32,000 nt of DNA from Mesoplasma florum L1 (GTDB lineage: Bacteria > Bacillota_I > Bacilli_A > Mycoplasmatales > Mycoplasmataceae), in the NCBI RefSeq assembly GCF_000008305.1, contig NC_006055.1:210001-242000 (forward strand), read 5' to 3'. This document shows, piece by piece, positions 10,421 through 20,494 of this stretch. Under the pieces are notes generated by a model. It saw nothing but the letters and a program-made list of their open reading frames with translations. It was not told the DNA's origin and ran no database searches. Position numbers and translations under genes: made by a program. The number at the start of each line of letters is the position of its first letter. The stretch's first letter is position 1.

Positions 10421-11200
10421 ATGAAATATAGTATTGTAAAAAATGATTATAATGAATCAAAAAAAATGTCTGATGAGCTTTCTGATTTATTAGTAAGTAA
10501 AAAATGAATTGAAGATAACAAAAACCCTAACTGTATTTTTGTTATTGGTGGAGATGGAACATTTTTAAAAGCAGCAGAAATATTTAACAATATTTTGGAT
10601 GATGTTATTTTCGTTCCAATTAAATCTGGTGGAATTGGTTTTTATACAAATCACAATAGAATTTCTGACATTCAAGAAATATTAAATAATATTGAAAAAC
10701 AAAAACCAATTGAAATTTCAGTTTTAGAAGCAAATGATTATAAAGTTATAAATGAAATTAAAATAATAAATAATCTCAGACCATTGGAAGCCGACGTAAT
10801 GATTGATGGAGAATTATTAGAAACATTTAAAGGAACAGGATTAGTATTTTCTACTTCAGGAGGAAGTACAGGTTTTGCAAAATCTCATAATGGAGCTGTA
10901 ATAATTGATGAAAATAATATATTCCAAATGTTAGAAATTGCACCAGTATCAAACAATAACTTTAGAACATTAAGCGCACCAGTTATATTTTCAAGAAAAC
11001 ATAAAGTAGAAGTAATTATTAAAAAGCCAAATGATGTTGAAATAATTGTAGATAGTAAGAAATGCAAACTACCAGAAAACAATTTAATCAAAATTCAAAT
11101 GGGTGAAAAAAATATCAAATTAATCTCAAAAAATAGTGAAAAATTAACTAAGACTAAAATATTGAATTCTATTTTCACTACAAACAAGTCTTATAACTAG
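10421..11200 (+). CDS. nadK: NAD kinase
   Basis: FVIGGDGTFLKAAE, SGGIGFYTNH and FSTSGGSTGFAKSHNGAV motifs of NAD kinases. Joins ORF 10595..11200 upstream through TGA=Trp. Confidence 0.88.
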
Positions 11201-11257
11201 TTCTTTAATGTTTTTACAATATTATTACTATATAATATTAAATTAACAAGGAGTTAA

Positions 11258-11827
11258 ATGAACGTAATATCAGGTAAGTATAAAGGGTTAAAATTAAATA
11301 CATTAGAAGGTATGAATACAAGACCTACTCTAACAAGAATTAAAGAAGATGCATTCAACATTATTGATAACTATTTTATCTTTGAAGGTAAAAAAAGTTT
11401 AGATATTTTTGGTGGAAGTGGTGCTTTAACTATAGAGGGTTTAAGTAGAGGTATATCTTTTGGAATTGTTAATGATTATTCAAGAGATGCGATAAAAGTT
11501 ATTAAATCTAATTTAGCTAAAACTAAATCAACAAACTGAGAAATACATAATAAAGATTATTTAGAACTTCTTGATTTTTTATGTTTTAAACACGAAAAAT
11601 TTGACTTGGTATATATGGATCCTCCATTTGCCAAAATTGAATCATATGCACAAGTGTTTACAAAATTACTTGAATTAAATTTATTAAATAACTGAGCAGT
11701 TATTATGATAGAGTCAGAAATGCCTTTAAATGAAGAAGTTATTTCGCAATTTAAACTATTAAAATACAAAGATTACAATAAAAAACATCTATACATTATA
11801 AGATTGGAGAACAAAGATGAAGAATAA
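11258..11827 (+). CDS. rsmD: 16S rRNA (guanine966-N2)-methyltransferase RsmD
   Basis: MNVISGKYKGLKLNTLEGMNTRPTLTRIKEDAFNII...LDIFGGSGALTIEGLSRG...FDLVYMDPPFAK. Confidence 0.88.
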
Positions 11828-12710
11828 AGGAAAAGTAATTATTATATCAGGACCAAGTGGTGTAGGAAAAGGGAGTGTTAATGGTGAACTACTTACTAAC
11901 AAAGATTTAAAATTAGAATATTCAGTTTCTATGACAACAAGAGCACCTCGTGAAGGTGAAGTTAATGGTGTTAATTACTTTTTTGTTTCAAAAGAAGAAT
12001 TTGCTAATGCAATAGTAAACAATGAGTTAATTGAATATGCAAATTTTGTAGGTAACTCATATGGAACACCTAGAAAATATGTAGAAGAAAAACTTAATGA
12101 AGGTAAAAACGTTATTTTAGAAATTGAAGTGGATGGTGCCACTCAAGTTTTAAGAAATGAAGAAAATGTTTTATCTATATTTTTAATGCCACCAACATTA
12201 AATGAATTAGAATCACGAATTAAAGGAAGAGCAACAGAGTCTGATGACAAAATTAAAGCTCGTTTAGATAAAGCTTTATTAGAAATACCTTTAAAACATA
12301 ATTATGATTATGTTGTTGAAAATGATTCTGTTGAAAATGCAGTTTCTAAAATTACTGATATTTTAATTAGAGAAAAATGTACTGAATCTAATGAAGAATC
12401 TAAATTTAAAGAATTAGTTAAAATCGTTGAAAACATTGTTGATCAAAAATATACTTATTTTATAAATAATTGAGAAGCAAACGTTAAATTGTTAGCACAT
12501 AACAAAGAAGCTAAAAAAGAAGCAAACGATTTTGATGCTAGAGGAGAATTGATTAAAATTTTATCTTCTGAAGTTTATAGAAAAACTCTAGCACATGGAG
12601 ATTTTTCAAAAATTAATGATGTAGAGTATGTAGATTTTAAAATTCAAAAATTAATGTTCAAAATTAACTTTTTCAGTATAAAACAAAGAAGTGATTTTAG
12701 TGGAGACTAA
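11817..12710 (+). CDS. gmk: Guanylate kinase with about 80-aa C-terminal extension
   Basis: IIISGPSGVGKGSV P-loop, SVSMTTRAPREGEVNGVNYFF. Frame continues past a TGA(Trp) at 12474-12476 to TAA at 12708. Overlaps rsmD by 11 nt. Confidence 0.9.
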
Positions 12711-13968
12711 TAATTCAAGAAAAATAGCATTTGAAATTTTGAAAAAAGTATTTAAAAATAAATCTTTTTCAAACATTCTTTTGAATGATGTTTCAAAAAT
12801 GCCAATTTCTGACAAGTTTAAGAACTTAATTTTTGCAATAGTTCATGGAACTATAACAAATCAAATTTTACTTGACCATGTTTCAAGAAAATTGATTGAT
12901 GTTAAAAAAACTAATATTGATATTCAAATACTTTTATGAATGAGTATTTATCAATTACGTTTTTTAAAAACTATCCCTCAATATGCAGTTGTTAATGAAT
13001 CGGTTATGATTGCAAAGTCTGTTAATCATAAATTTTCCGGTTTATTGAATGCTTGTTTGAAAAAAGTTATTAAAAATGAGGAAGAACTTTTTGATTTTTC
13101 TTTTAAAAGTGAAAATCAAAAAATATGTATTGAAAATTCTTTTCCAAAAAATTTATTTAATTTAATAGAAAAAGGATATGGAAAAGATATTGCTAAAAAA
13201 GTAGCTATTGATTCAAACCAAAAACCTGTTATAAGTTTTAGAGTAAACACTTTAAAGATTTCAGAAAATGATTTTTTTGAAAAATATAAAGATGAATATG
13301 AATTAGAAAAAACAGAAATAAAAAATTGCTTGATCTCAAAAAAAGCAATTGTAAAAAGTGACGCTTATACAAGTGGTCAAATAACCATTCAAGACCCAGC
13401 ATCAATTTTAGTAGGAAATGTCTTAAATCCAACTAAAGGTTCAAAAGTTTTAGACATGTGTAGCGCACCGGGTGGTAAACTTACTCATTTAAGTATGATA
13501 ATGGAAAACACAGGACAAGTAACAGGATTTGAAATAAGTGAAAACAAGATAAAATTAATTGAAGAAAATATTAAAAGATTAGATTGTAAAAATATTTCAT
13601 TAAAGTGTGGAGATGCAACTTTAATTAATGAAAAAGAAAATTTTGATTTTATCTTATTAGATGCACCTTGTTCTGGATTTGGTGTTTTAAAAAGAAAACC
13701 TGAAATTAAAATTAATAATATTGAAATAAATAATATAAATAACATTGTAAATATTCAAGAAAAGTTATTAGATACAGCATATTATAATTTAAAACAACAA
13801 GGTGTTATGGTTTATTCTACTTGTACTATAAATCCTGCTGAAAATCAAAATCAAATTAAAAAGTTTATTGAAAAATATAAAGATATAAAAATTATTAGCG
13901 AAAACCAATTGTTTGGTTATGAAATGAATACTGATGGTTTTTACATCTGTAAAATGATTAAAGAATAG
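12691..13968 (+). CDS. rsmB: 16S rRNA (cytosine-5)-methyltransferase RsmB (Sun family)
   Basis: VLDMCSAPGGKLTHLS, LLDAPCSGFGVLKRKPE and YSTCTINPAENQNQI motifs. Two ORFs joined by a TGA(Trp). Start codon uncertain (GTG at 12691 or 12700). Confidence 0.88.
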
Positions 13969-14049
13969 AAGGATTGCCCTTTTATTTTTTTGTTGTTTAA
14001 GATTAAAATAAGTATTTGTTATAAAATATATATAAAAGGAGGAAGTAAC

Positions 14050-14751
14050 ATGGACAAACAATTATCAAGAAGCGAACTTCATAAAGATCAAGTTAAAGAA
14101 ATAAATAATAAGTTTGCTGAAAATAGAGATTTTCTGACCATAAATTCTTTTGTTACTTCTTCATTAGAAACTTTAAAAAAAATGGATTCAGAATTTTTTT
14201 CAAGAGTTGAAAAAGTTTTGAATCAAGAAAATGATAATGTCAAATTTCACTTGGAACATGACCCAGAAATTAAACATTTTAATTATGAAATAATTAGTCA
14301 ACTAAATGATACTCTTGAAGAATTGAAAAAAATTCAAAATTATGAATCAAGTAGTAATAACAATGAAAAAAGTGAAATATTATTTGAGGAAAAAGAATTT
14401 TACAAAAAGGAATTAGAAGATTTATTACATTCTTTAAATGAAAAGAATAGAAAATATTTAGATAGAATGAATAATAGTGAGGCTTACAAAACAAATTACG
14501 CTGGTGAAAAAAATGAAACACTAGCAAGAAGTTTTTTAAGTTATAATGAAAAAATTGCAATTAATAAAGAAATTAAAAGATTACCATTTGATCAGTTAAC
14601 ACTCGAAATAAAAGCAAAGCAAAGAGAAAAAATGCATAACTTAAGTCAAAGTAAAAAAAGATTTAAAATTAATACAAAAATATTTACAATTTTCTTTGCT
14701 AGTTTTGTAGTTATTGGATTAATTGGAATAGTTATTATTTTTATAATTTAG
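14050..14751 (+). CDS. Predicted coiled-coil protein with single C-terminal transmembrane segment
   Basis: RBS aaaggagg before ATG 14050. Lys/Glu/Asn-rich helical region, C-terminal hydrophobic IFTIFFASFVVIGLIGIVIIFII. Confidence 0.7.
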   Translation: MDKQLSRSELHKDQVKEINNKFAENRDFLTINSFVTSSLETLKKMDSEFFSRVEKVLNQENDNVKFHLEHDPEIKHFNYEIISQLNDTLEELKKIQNYESSSNNNEKSEILFEEKEFYKKELEDLLHSLNEKNRKYLDRMNNSEAYKTNYAGEKNETLARSFLSYNEKIAINKEIKRLPFDQLTLEIKAKQREKMHNLSQSKKRFKINTKIFTIFFASFVVIGLIGIVIIFII

Positions 14752-14762
14752 AAGGGGTTAAT

Positions 14763-15422
14763 ATGAAAAGAAAAATTGTTATAGCCGTTGATGGAACTGC
14801 TGGTAGTGGAAAAACAGCTACGTTTAATACAGTTGCTAAAAAAATCGGTTATGAATTTATTGATACAGGCTTAATGTATAGAGCGTTTACTTTATTATGT
14901 ATAGAATCAGAAATTGATTTTAATAATAAAGAAGAGATTATTGAGTCATTGAAAAAATTTGATTTTTCAGTTAAAAATAACAAACCCCATTTAAATGGAA
15001 AAGAAGTTGAAAAAAGAATTCAAGAAAATGACATTGTTAAGTTTATTAACTATGTAACTCCAATCCCTGAAGTTAGAAAATTCATGGTAGAGGCTCAAAG
15101 AGCAATGGTAAAAGGTGGAGGTTATATCGAAATTGGAAGAGATATAACAACTGTTGTTTTACCTAATGCTGACTTAAAAATATTTTTAGATTCAAGTGTA
15201 GAAGCAAGAGCTGAAAGAAGATTTAAGCAAAATGAAAGATTAGGAATTAAAAATAATAATCTTAATGAAATAAAAAATTCTATAATTAACAGAGATGAAC
15301 AGGACTTTAAAAATGGATTAAGAAAAGCAGAAGATGCTTGATTAATTGATAATTCAAATATTCCAATCCAAGATGTTGTTAATATGGTTATTGATAAAAT
15401 AAAAGAATTGGAAGGTAATTAA
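14763..15422 (+). CDS. cmk: Cytidylate kinase
   Basis: [39 protein letters not shown]. Continues through TGA(Trp) to [27 protein letters not shown]. Confidence 0.92.
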
Positions 15423-15424
15423 TT

Positions 15425-16732
15425 ATGAAAAAAGGTATAGTCGCTATAGTAGGTAGACCTAATGTTGGTAAATCATCTTTATTTAATAGAATAATTAGAG
15501 AAAAAAAATCTATTGTTGAAGATACACCTGGTGTAACAAGAGATAGAATTTATGGAACAGCAGAATGATTAACAAGAGAATTCATAGTTATTGATACTGG
15601 TGGTATAACTCTTGAGGATCAACCGTTTGCAAAAGAAATTAAAGTGCAGGCAGAAATAGCAATGGAAGAAGCTGATGTTATTGTATTTTTATTAAATCAT
15701 CAAGAAGGTTTATCTGATGAAGATAAAATGATAGCTAAAATTCTTTATAAGACAAAAAAACCAATTGTTCTAGCAGTAAACAAATATGATAAAAAAACTT
15801 CTGACTTTGATCAATATGAATATATGAGTTTAGGATTTGGAGAACCTATTTTAATTAGTGCAACTCACGGTATTGGAACTGGGGATTTATTAGATGACAT
15901 AATTCATCAAATGCCTTCTCATGAAGAAATTAATAAAGACAATAGAACTAGAGTATCAATTATTGGTAGACCTAATGTTGGTAAATCGTCTCTTGTTAAT
16001 TCACTAATTGGTGAGGAAAGAATGATTGTAAGTGATATCCCAGGAACAACACTTGATGCTGTAGATTCAGTTGTTAAAGTTAACAACATTGAATATACAT
16101 TAATAGATACAGCAGGAATACGGAAGAAATCAAAGATTTTTCAAAATGTTGAAAAATATAGTTATTTAAGATCTTTGACAACAATTAATGGTAGTGATGT
16201 AGTTTTACTTATGTTAGATGCATCTGTACCAATAAGCGATTTAGATACAAATATTGGTGGTTTAGCTTTTGAAGAAAAAAAACCTATCATAATAATTGCT
16301 AATAAATGAGATTTAGTAGAAAACAAAGAAAAAGAAATATTAAAAAAAGAAGATGAAATAAGAGCTTACTTTAAATATTTAGCTTATGCTAAAATTCTGT
16401 TTGTTTCTGCACATGATAAAACAAGAATTACTAAAATATTTACAGCAGTTGAAGATATTAGAACTGCACTTGATAAAAAAATTAAAACTTCTGTTTTCAA
16501 TGAAGTTTTAAATAAAGCGCAATTAATAAATCCAGCACCAAATTTCAATGGTGGAAGACTTAAAATTTATTACGGAGCACAAGTTGAAGCTTATCTTCCA
16601 ACATTTGTTCTTTTTGTGAACAATCCAGATTATGTTCACTTTTCATATAAAAGGTTTTTAGAGAATCAAATAAGACTTCAATTTGGTTTTGAAGGTGTAC
16701 CAATGTCAATTATTTTCAGGGAAAGGAAATAA
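15425..16732 (+). CDS. der: Ribosome biogenesis GTPase Der (EngA)
   Basis: Two GTPase domains: [20 protein letters not shown] and [39 protein letters not shown]. Confidence 0.95.
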
Positions 16733-16737
16733 GCACT

Positions 16738-17742
16738 ATGAGTAAAAAAAATATAACAATTATAGGAACTGGAGCTTACGGAACAGCATTAGCGAATGTA
16801 TTAGCAGATAATGATAACAATGTTATTATGTATGGAATTGTTGAACAACAAGTTGATGATATTAATATTTATCACCAAAACTCAGTTTTCTTTGACAATA
16901 AAAAAATAAACAAAACAATTAGAGCAACTAATTCTATGGCAGCGGCTTTAGAAAATACAGATATATTAATTTTAGGAGTTCCTACAGCAGCTATTAAGCA
17001 CGTGGTTAATGACATTATTAAATATGCTAAAAAACCAATGGATATAATCAATACTGCAAAAGGTTTAGATGAAGAAAATCTAGGATTACTTTCTGATAAA
17101 ATAAAAAAATATTTTGAAGGTTCAAATGTAATATCAACTTATTCAGCTTTATATGGTCCTTCAATTGCAATTGAAGTAGTTGATCGTCAACCTACAGCTA
17201 TTATGATAGCTTCAGAAACAATTGAAAAAGCTAAAGAATTATGTAATGTATTTTCTAATGAATATTTCTACATGTATCCAACAACAGATATTGCAGGATG
17301 TGAGATTTCAGCTGCATTAAAAAATGCCATTGCTATTGGTGGTGGAATTCTTAAGGCATATAATGCTGGAGATAATGCTCATGCAACATTATTAACACTA
17401 GGTTTAAATGAAATGTATGAATTTGGAAAACACTTTGGTGCTAAACTTGAAACATTCTTAAACTTTGCTGGATTAGGTGATTTAATACTTACTGCATCAA
17501 GTAAAAAATCAAGAAATTTCAGATTAGGTGAAAGAATTGTAGAACTAAATGATGCTAAAAAAGCTTTAGAATCATTCAATTTAACTGTTGAAGGTGTGGA
17601 AACAGCCAGAATAGCCCATGAAATAGGGGTTAAATACCAAATTAGCATGAATTTTTTTGAAATAATATATAATATTTTATATAATAATGTTAAGCCTATT
17701 TCACTTTTAAATAATGTCTTTAGAGACGTGAAATTAGTTTAA
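16738..17742 (+). CDS. gpsA: NAD(P)H-dependent glycerol-3-phosphate dehydrogenase
   Basis: ITIIGTGAYGTALANVLADN, NTAKGLDEEN, ALKNAIAIGGGI, GLGDLILTASSKKSRNFRLG. Confidence 0.93.
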   Translation: MSKKNITIIGTGAYGTALANVLADNDNNVIMYGIVEQQVDDINIYHQNSVFFDNKKINKTIRATNSMAAALENTDILILGVPTAAIKHVVNDIIKYAKKPMDIINTAKGLDEENLGLLSDKIKKYFEGSNVISTYSALYGPSIAIEVVDRQPTAIMIASETIEKAKELCNVFSNEYFYMYPTTDIAGCEISAALKNAIAIGGGILKAYNAGDNAHATLLTLGLNEMYEFGKHFGAKLETFLNFAGLGDLILTASSKKSRNFRLGERIVELNDAKKALESFNLTVEGVETARIAHEIGVKYQISMNFFEIIYNILYNNVKPISLLNNVFRDVKLV

Positions 17743-17762
17743 AAAATTAAAGGAGAAATTAT

Positions 17763-18035
17763 ATGACAAAAAAAGACTTAATTAACGAAATTATTGCTAA
17801 TGAAAACATCTCAAAAGTTGAATGTGAAGCAGTAGTTAATTCATTATTCGATTTAATTATTGAAGAATTATCATCAGGAAACGAAGTTTCAATCGCAGGT
17901 TTTGGTAAATTTGCAATTAGTGAAAGAGCAGCAAGAGAAGGAATCAACCCATCAACAGGTGATAAAATTTCAATCGCAGCTTCTAAATCAGCTAAATTCA
18001 AAGCAGCTAAACAATTAAAAGAAAAATTAAACTAA
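17763..18035 (+). CDS. hup: DNA-binding protein HU
   Basis: MTKKDLINEIIANENISKVECEAVVNSLFDLIIEELSSGNEVSIAGFGKFAISERAAREGINPSTGDKI. Confidence 0.93.
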   Translation: MTKKDLINEIIANENISKVECEAVVNSLFDLIIEELSSGNEVSIAGFGKFAISERAAREGINPSTGDKISIAASKSAKFKAAKQLKEKLN

Positions 18036-18036
18036 A

Positions 18037-18060
18037 AGTAAGCATATGCTTACTTTTTTT
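18037..18060 (+). terminator. Terminator after hup
   Basis: AAGTAAGC-ATAT-GCTTACTT followed by TTTT. Confidence 0.85.
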
Positions 18061-18109
18061 TATTTTTAAATTAAAATAAATAACATATGACAAAAAAAGG
18101 AGCGTAGCC

Positions 18110-18649
18110 ATGCTTATTGAATTATTAGCAAAAGGTTTAATTTCAAAACACAAATTATTATTAGAAAACTATAAGAAAATTTCAATGAATGAAAATCAAG
18201 TTATGATAGTTTTACTAACAATGCAATTTAGTGATGAAAATAAAAAAATGATTACACCCTTAAAATTATCTAAGTTTATGAACATATCAATTGATACAAT
18301 TGAAGTTGAGTTACAAGATTTGGTTGACAAAAGACTGGTTAAAATTAAACCAAAAGAAATAGATTTTAGTCAATTATTTTTAAAAATAGTTTTATTAATA
18401 GAAAATGAATCTTTGAAAAAAGGAGAAACATATTTCATTCAAACAATTGAAAAAGAAATTGGTTGAAAATTTACTATACCTCAAATTGAAGAAATAAAAG
18501 ATCTTTTACAAAACTCTATATCAAGACAACAAGTATTAGACATACTATATAAACATCAAATAAGCGATTATGATACATTCCTTAAGTTAATTGGTAAATA
18601 TTCAAACAAAATAGAAAAATCATTAAAGTTTAACTGATTAGAAAATTAA
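18110..18649 (+). CDS. DnaD-like replication protein
   Basis: LLLENYKKISMNENQVMIVLLTMQFSDENKKMITPLKLSKFMNISIDTIEVELQDLVDKRLVKI resembles the DnaD N-terminal winged helix. Short C-terminal domain after TGA(Trp). Confidence 0.7.
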
Positions 18650-19130
18650 GTTTAGGTAGATAATTTAATTTAAATTCATTATCTAAATAAACTTGATAAG
18701 CATTATCTAAAAATCATTCATAAGGAATGGTTTTTTTATTTTTGTTGACTCAATTAATTAAAGTTAAATAGTTAACTAAGAAAAATTCTTCATAATTCCC
18801 AAAGTAAACTATAATAAAGGCTATTCCTTTATTATTTAGAACTAACTTTAACTTTTCATTTTGATTTTTTCTGATTAAATGAAAATCAAAATAATCTTTA
18901 TAAGTTTCTTTTGCTTCAAACTCAAAGTAAGTTCCTTTATATGCTCCAATGTAATCACAATTTAAACTATCTTTAAATTTAGCACTTGTGATTTGATTAT
19001 TTTTTGTAGTTATGGGAATTATATTAGTTGGTATCTTTGATACAACACAATCATTATTATCAATATATTTTTGATGCGTTATATTAAGCAAAGTCTCAAG
19101 AAACATTCCTTGATTTTTAATAGGATTCAT
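18630..19130 (-). CDS. recU: Holliday junction resolvase RecU
   Basis: MNPIKNQGMFLETLLNITHQKY, DYIGAYKGTYFEFEAKET and KLVLNNKGIAFIIVYFGNYEEFFLV. Reading TGA=Trp adds WVNKNKKTIPYEWFLDNAYQVYLDNEFKLNYLPKLNFLIS*, resembling the RecU C-terminal K(S/T)IP...LDYL pattern. Confidence 0.82.
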
Positions 19131-19212
19131 ACATTCACCTCATATTAGTATTAAGGGATTTTTTTATTTTTAATTACATGATAAAATAAATAATATTGAA
19201 CGGAGGTATTTT

Positions 19213-19569
19213 ATGAAAAAACCTAATATATTAGCTGAAGAAATTTTATATGAAAAAATTCCCAAAGAGTTTCCAGGATATAAAATTGAAAGTGTAGATA
19301 GTTTACTAGATAAAATAATCGTTCAGATGAAATACTATGAAGAAGAACTGGAACAATTAAATAAAGTTTTAGAAGAAAAAAATAAAACAATAGCTGAGCT
19401 AGAACAAAAAGCATCTACTTATCAAGGGATGGCTATTTCAAAAAGTGCTGAGCTTGATAAACTAACAAAAGTTCATTTATCAAATTCTGATTTTGTAAAA
19501 CAAGCTAAACAAATTGATACATTAGAAAAAACAATGAAGTTAATTTTAGAAAAATTGGAAAATAAATAA
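19213..19569 (+). CDS. gpsB: GpsB/DivIVA-family coiled-coil protein
   Basis: N-terminal ILYEKIPKEFPGYKIESVDSLLDKIIVQMKYYEEELEQLN resembles the DivIVA/GpsB motif (IL-K-F---GY---EVD-FLD-I--D). Directly upstream of rnpB. Confidence 0.65.
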   Translation: MKKPNILAEEILYEKIPKEFPGYKIESVDSLLDKIIVQMKYYEEELEQLNKVLEEKNKTIAELEQKASTYQGMAISKSAELDKLTKVHLSNSDFVKQAKQIDTLEKTMKLILEKLENK

Positions 19570-19574
19570 AAATT

Positions 19575-19602
19575 TTGTAAGTTAATAAATATAAGATAAA
19601 AT
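19575..19602 (+). promoter_or_regulatory. Promoter for rnpB
   Basis: TTGTAA-16 nt-TAAAAT just before the RNase P RNA 5' end. Confidence 0.5.
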
Positions 19603-19603
19603 A

Positions 19604-19967
19604 ATATATGAGATTTTATGGTCAATCGCTGCATTTTTATTAATGTAGAGGAAACTCCACGCTTGCACAATCTGAGATGGTTGTAGTGATTATGCTAGAC
19701 GAAAAAATAAGTCTAGGCAATACGCAAGTATTGACGGCATAACTAACCTAAGGCTTTTGGCTATGGAGATGTTATGAAGTGCCACAGAGACGAGTATAGG
19801 GAAACCTTGAAATGGAACGCGGTAAACCCCATAAGTAAGAAACTTAAATTTTGGTAAAGGAACTTGGCGAACAGAAATGAATGTAAACCAGGAGGATTAT
19901 ATCCTAGATAGATGATTGACACCGAAAGGTACAAAACGTGGGTTATAGTAAAATCTCATATTTTTTA
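19604..19967 (+). ncRNA. rnpB: RNase P RNA
   Basis: Contains gaggaaactccacgcttgcaca, agtgccacagagacgagtatagggaaacc, ggaacgcggtaaacccc and gacaccgaaaggtacaaaacgtgggttatag. Closing helix ATATGAGATTTTA/TAAAATCTCATAT then TTTTTT. Ends approximate. Confidence 0.93.
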
Positions 19968-19984
19968 ATAGTTTGTGGTGAATT

Positions 19985-20452
19985 ATGGAAGCAATGATAA
20001 AACTTGTAAATTATTTAAACAAAACAAATCAAACAATATCTACTTGTGAATCTTTTACTGGTGGAATGTTTGCAAATGAAATAACAAATATTTCAGGAGC
20101 AAGTAATGTTTATTTAGGATCTTTTGTTAGTTATCAAAATTCATTTAAACAATCAATAGTAGGCGTAGGCGAACGAACTATTAAAAAATATGGTGTCGTA
20201 TCAGAGGAATGTGCAATTGAAATGGCACAAAATACATTGAAGTTAACTAAATCTGATTTTTCAATTAGCTTTACAGGGAATGCAGGACCATTGGCTATGG
20301 AAAACAAAGAAATAGGTTTAGCATATATTTGTATTTGCTCAAAATCAAAATATAAAGTTGTAGAAATTAATGAAAAAAATATGAATAGAATAGAATTTAA
20401 AGAAAATGGTTTAACTGTAGCATTAAATCTTTTTTTAGATTTCATTAAATAA
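19985..20452 (+). CDS. pncC: CinA C-terminal domain protein / nicotinamide-nucleotide amidase (PncC-like)
   Basis: TISTCESFTGGMFANEITNISGASNVYLGSFVSYQNSFKQSIVGV...ISFTGNAGPLAM. Only the C-terminal domain of CinA is present. Confidence 0.82.
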   Translation: MEAMIKLVNYLNKTNQTISTCESFTGGMFANEITNISGASNVYLGSFVSYQNSFKQSIVGVGERTIKKYGVVSEECAIEMAQNTLKLTKSDFSISFTGNAGPLAMENKEIGLAYICICSKSKYKVVEINEKNMNRIEFKENGLTVALNLFLDFIK

Positions 20453-20494
20453 AATAATTATTTACCTTAATAATTCATTGGAGGTAAGTAAATT

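Noticed and set aside
10885-11091. Minus-strand ORF inside nadK, and 11557..11769 minus inside rsmD
   Set aside because: Antisense to conserved genes, no independent evidence.
13238-13745. Minus-strand ORFs 13238..13432 and 13485..13745 inside rsmB, plus 13789..14061 across its 3' end
   Set aside because: Antisense, no motifs. Hydrophobic composition is typical of reversed AT-rich coding sequence.
13990-14049. N-terminal extension MLFKIKISICYKIYIKGGSN of the coiled-coil protein
   Set aside because: Contains the promoter-like and RBS region (AAAGGAGG). The start at 14050 is much better supported.
14294-14560. Minus-strand ORF within the coiled-coil gene
   Set aside because: Antisense to a plausible CDS and rich in His/Phe/Tyr as expected of reversed Lys/Asn codons.
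17379-18001. Minus-strand ORFs 17379..17648 and 17759..18001 over gpsA and hup
   Set aside because: Antisense to strongly conserved genes.
18709-18737. Hairpin AAATCATTC-ATAAG-GAATGGTTT-TTTT initially read as a terminator between dnaD and recU
   Set aside because: Under code 4 the recU frame runs through it (KKTIPYEWFLD), so it lies inside a coding region. It could still act as a terminator for the dnaD strand, but evidence is weak.
19223-19670. Minus-strand ORFs 19223..19414 and 19473..19670
   Set aside because: Antisense to the GpsB-like gene and overlapping the rnpB 5' end.
20134-20445. Minus-strand 103-aa ORF over pncC
   Set aside because: Antisense to a recognisable CinA C-terminal domain gene.
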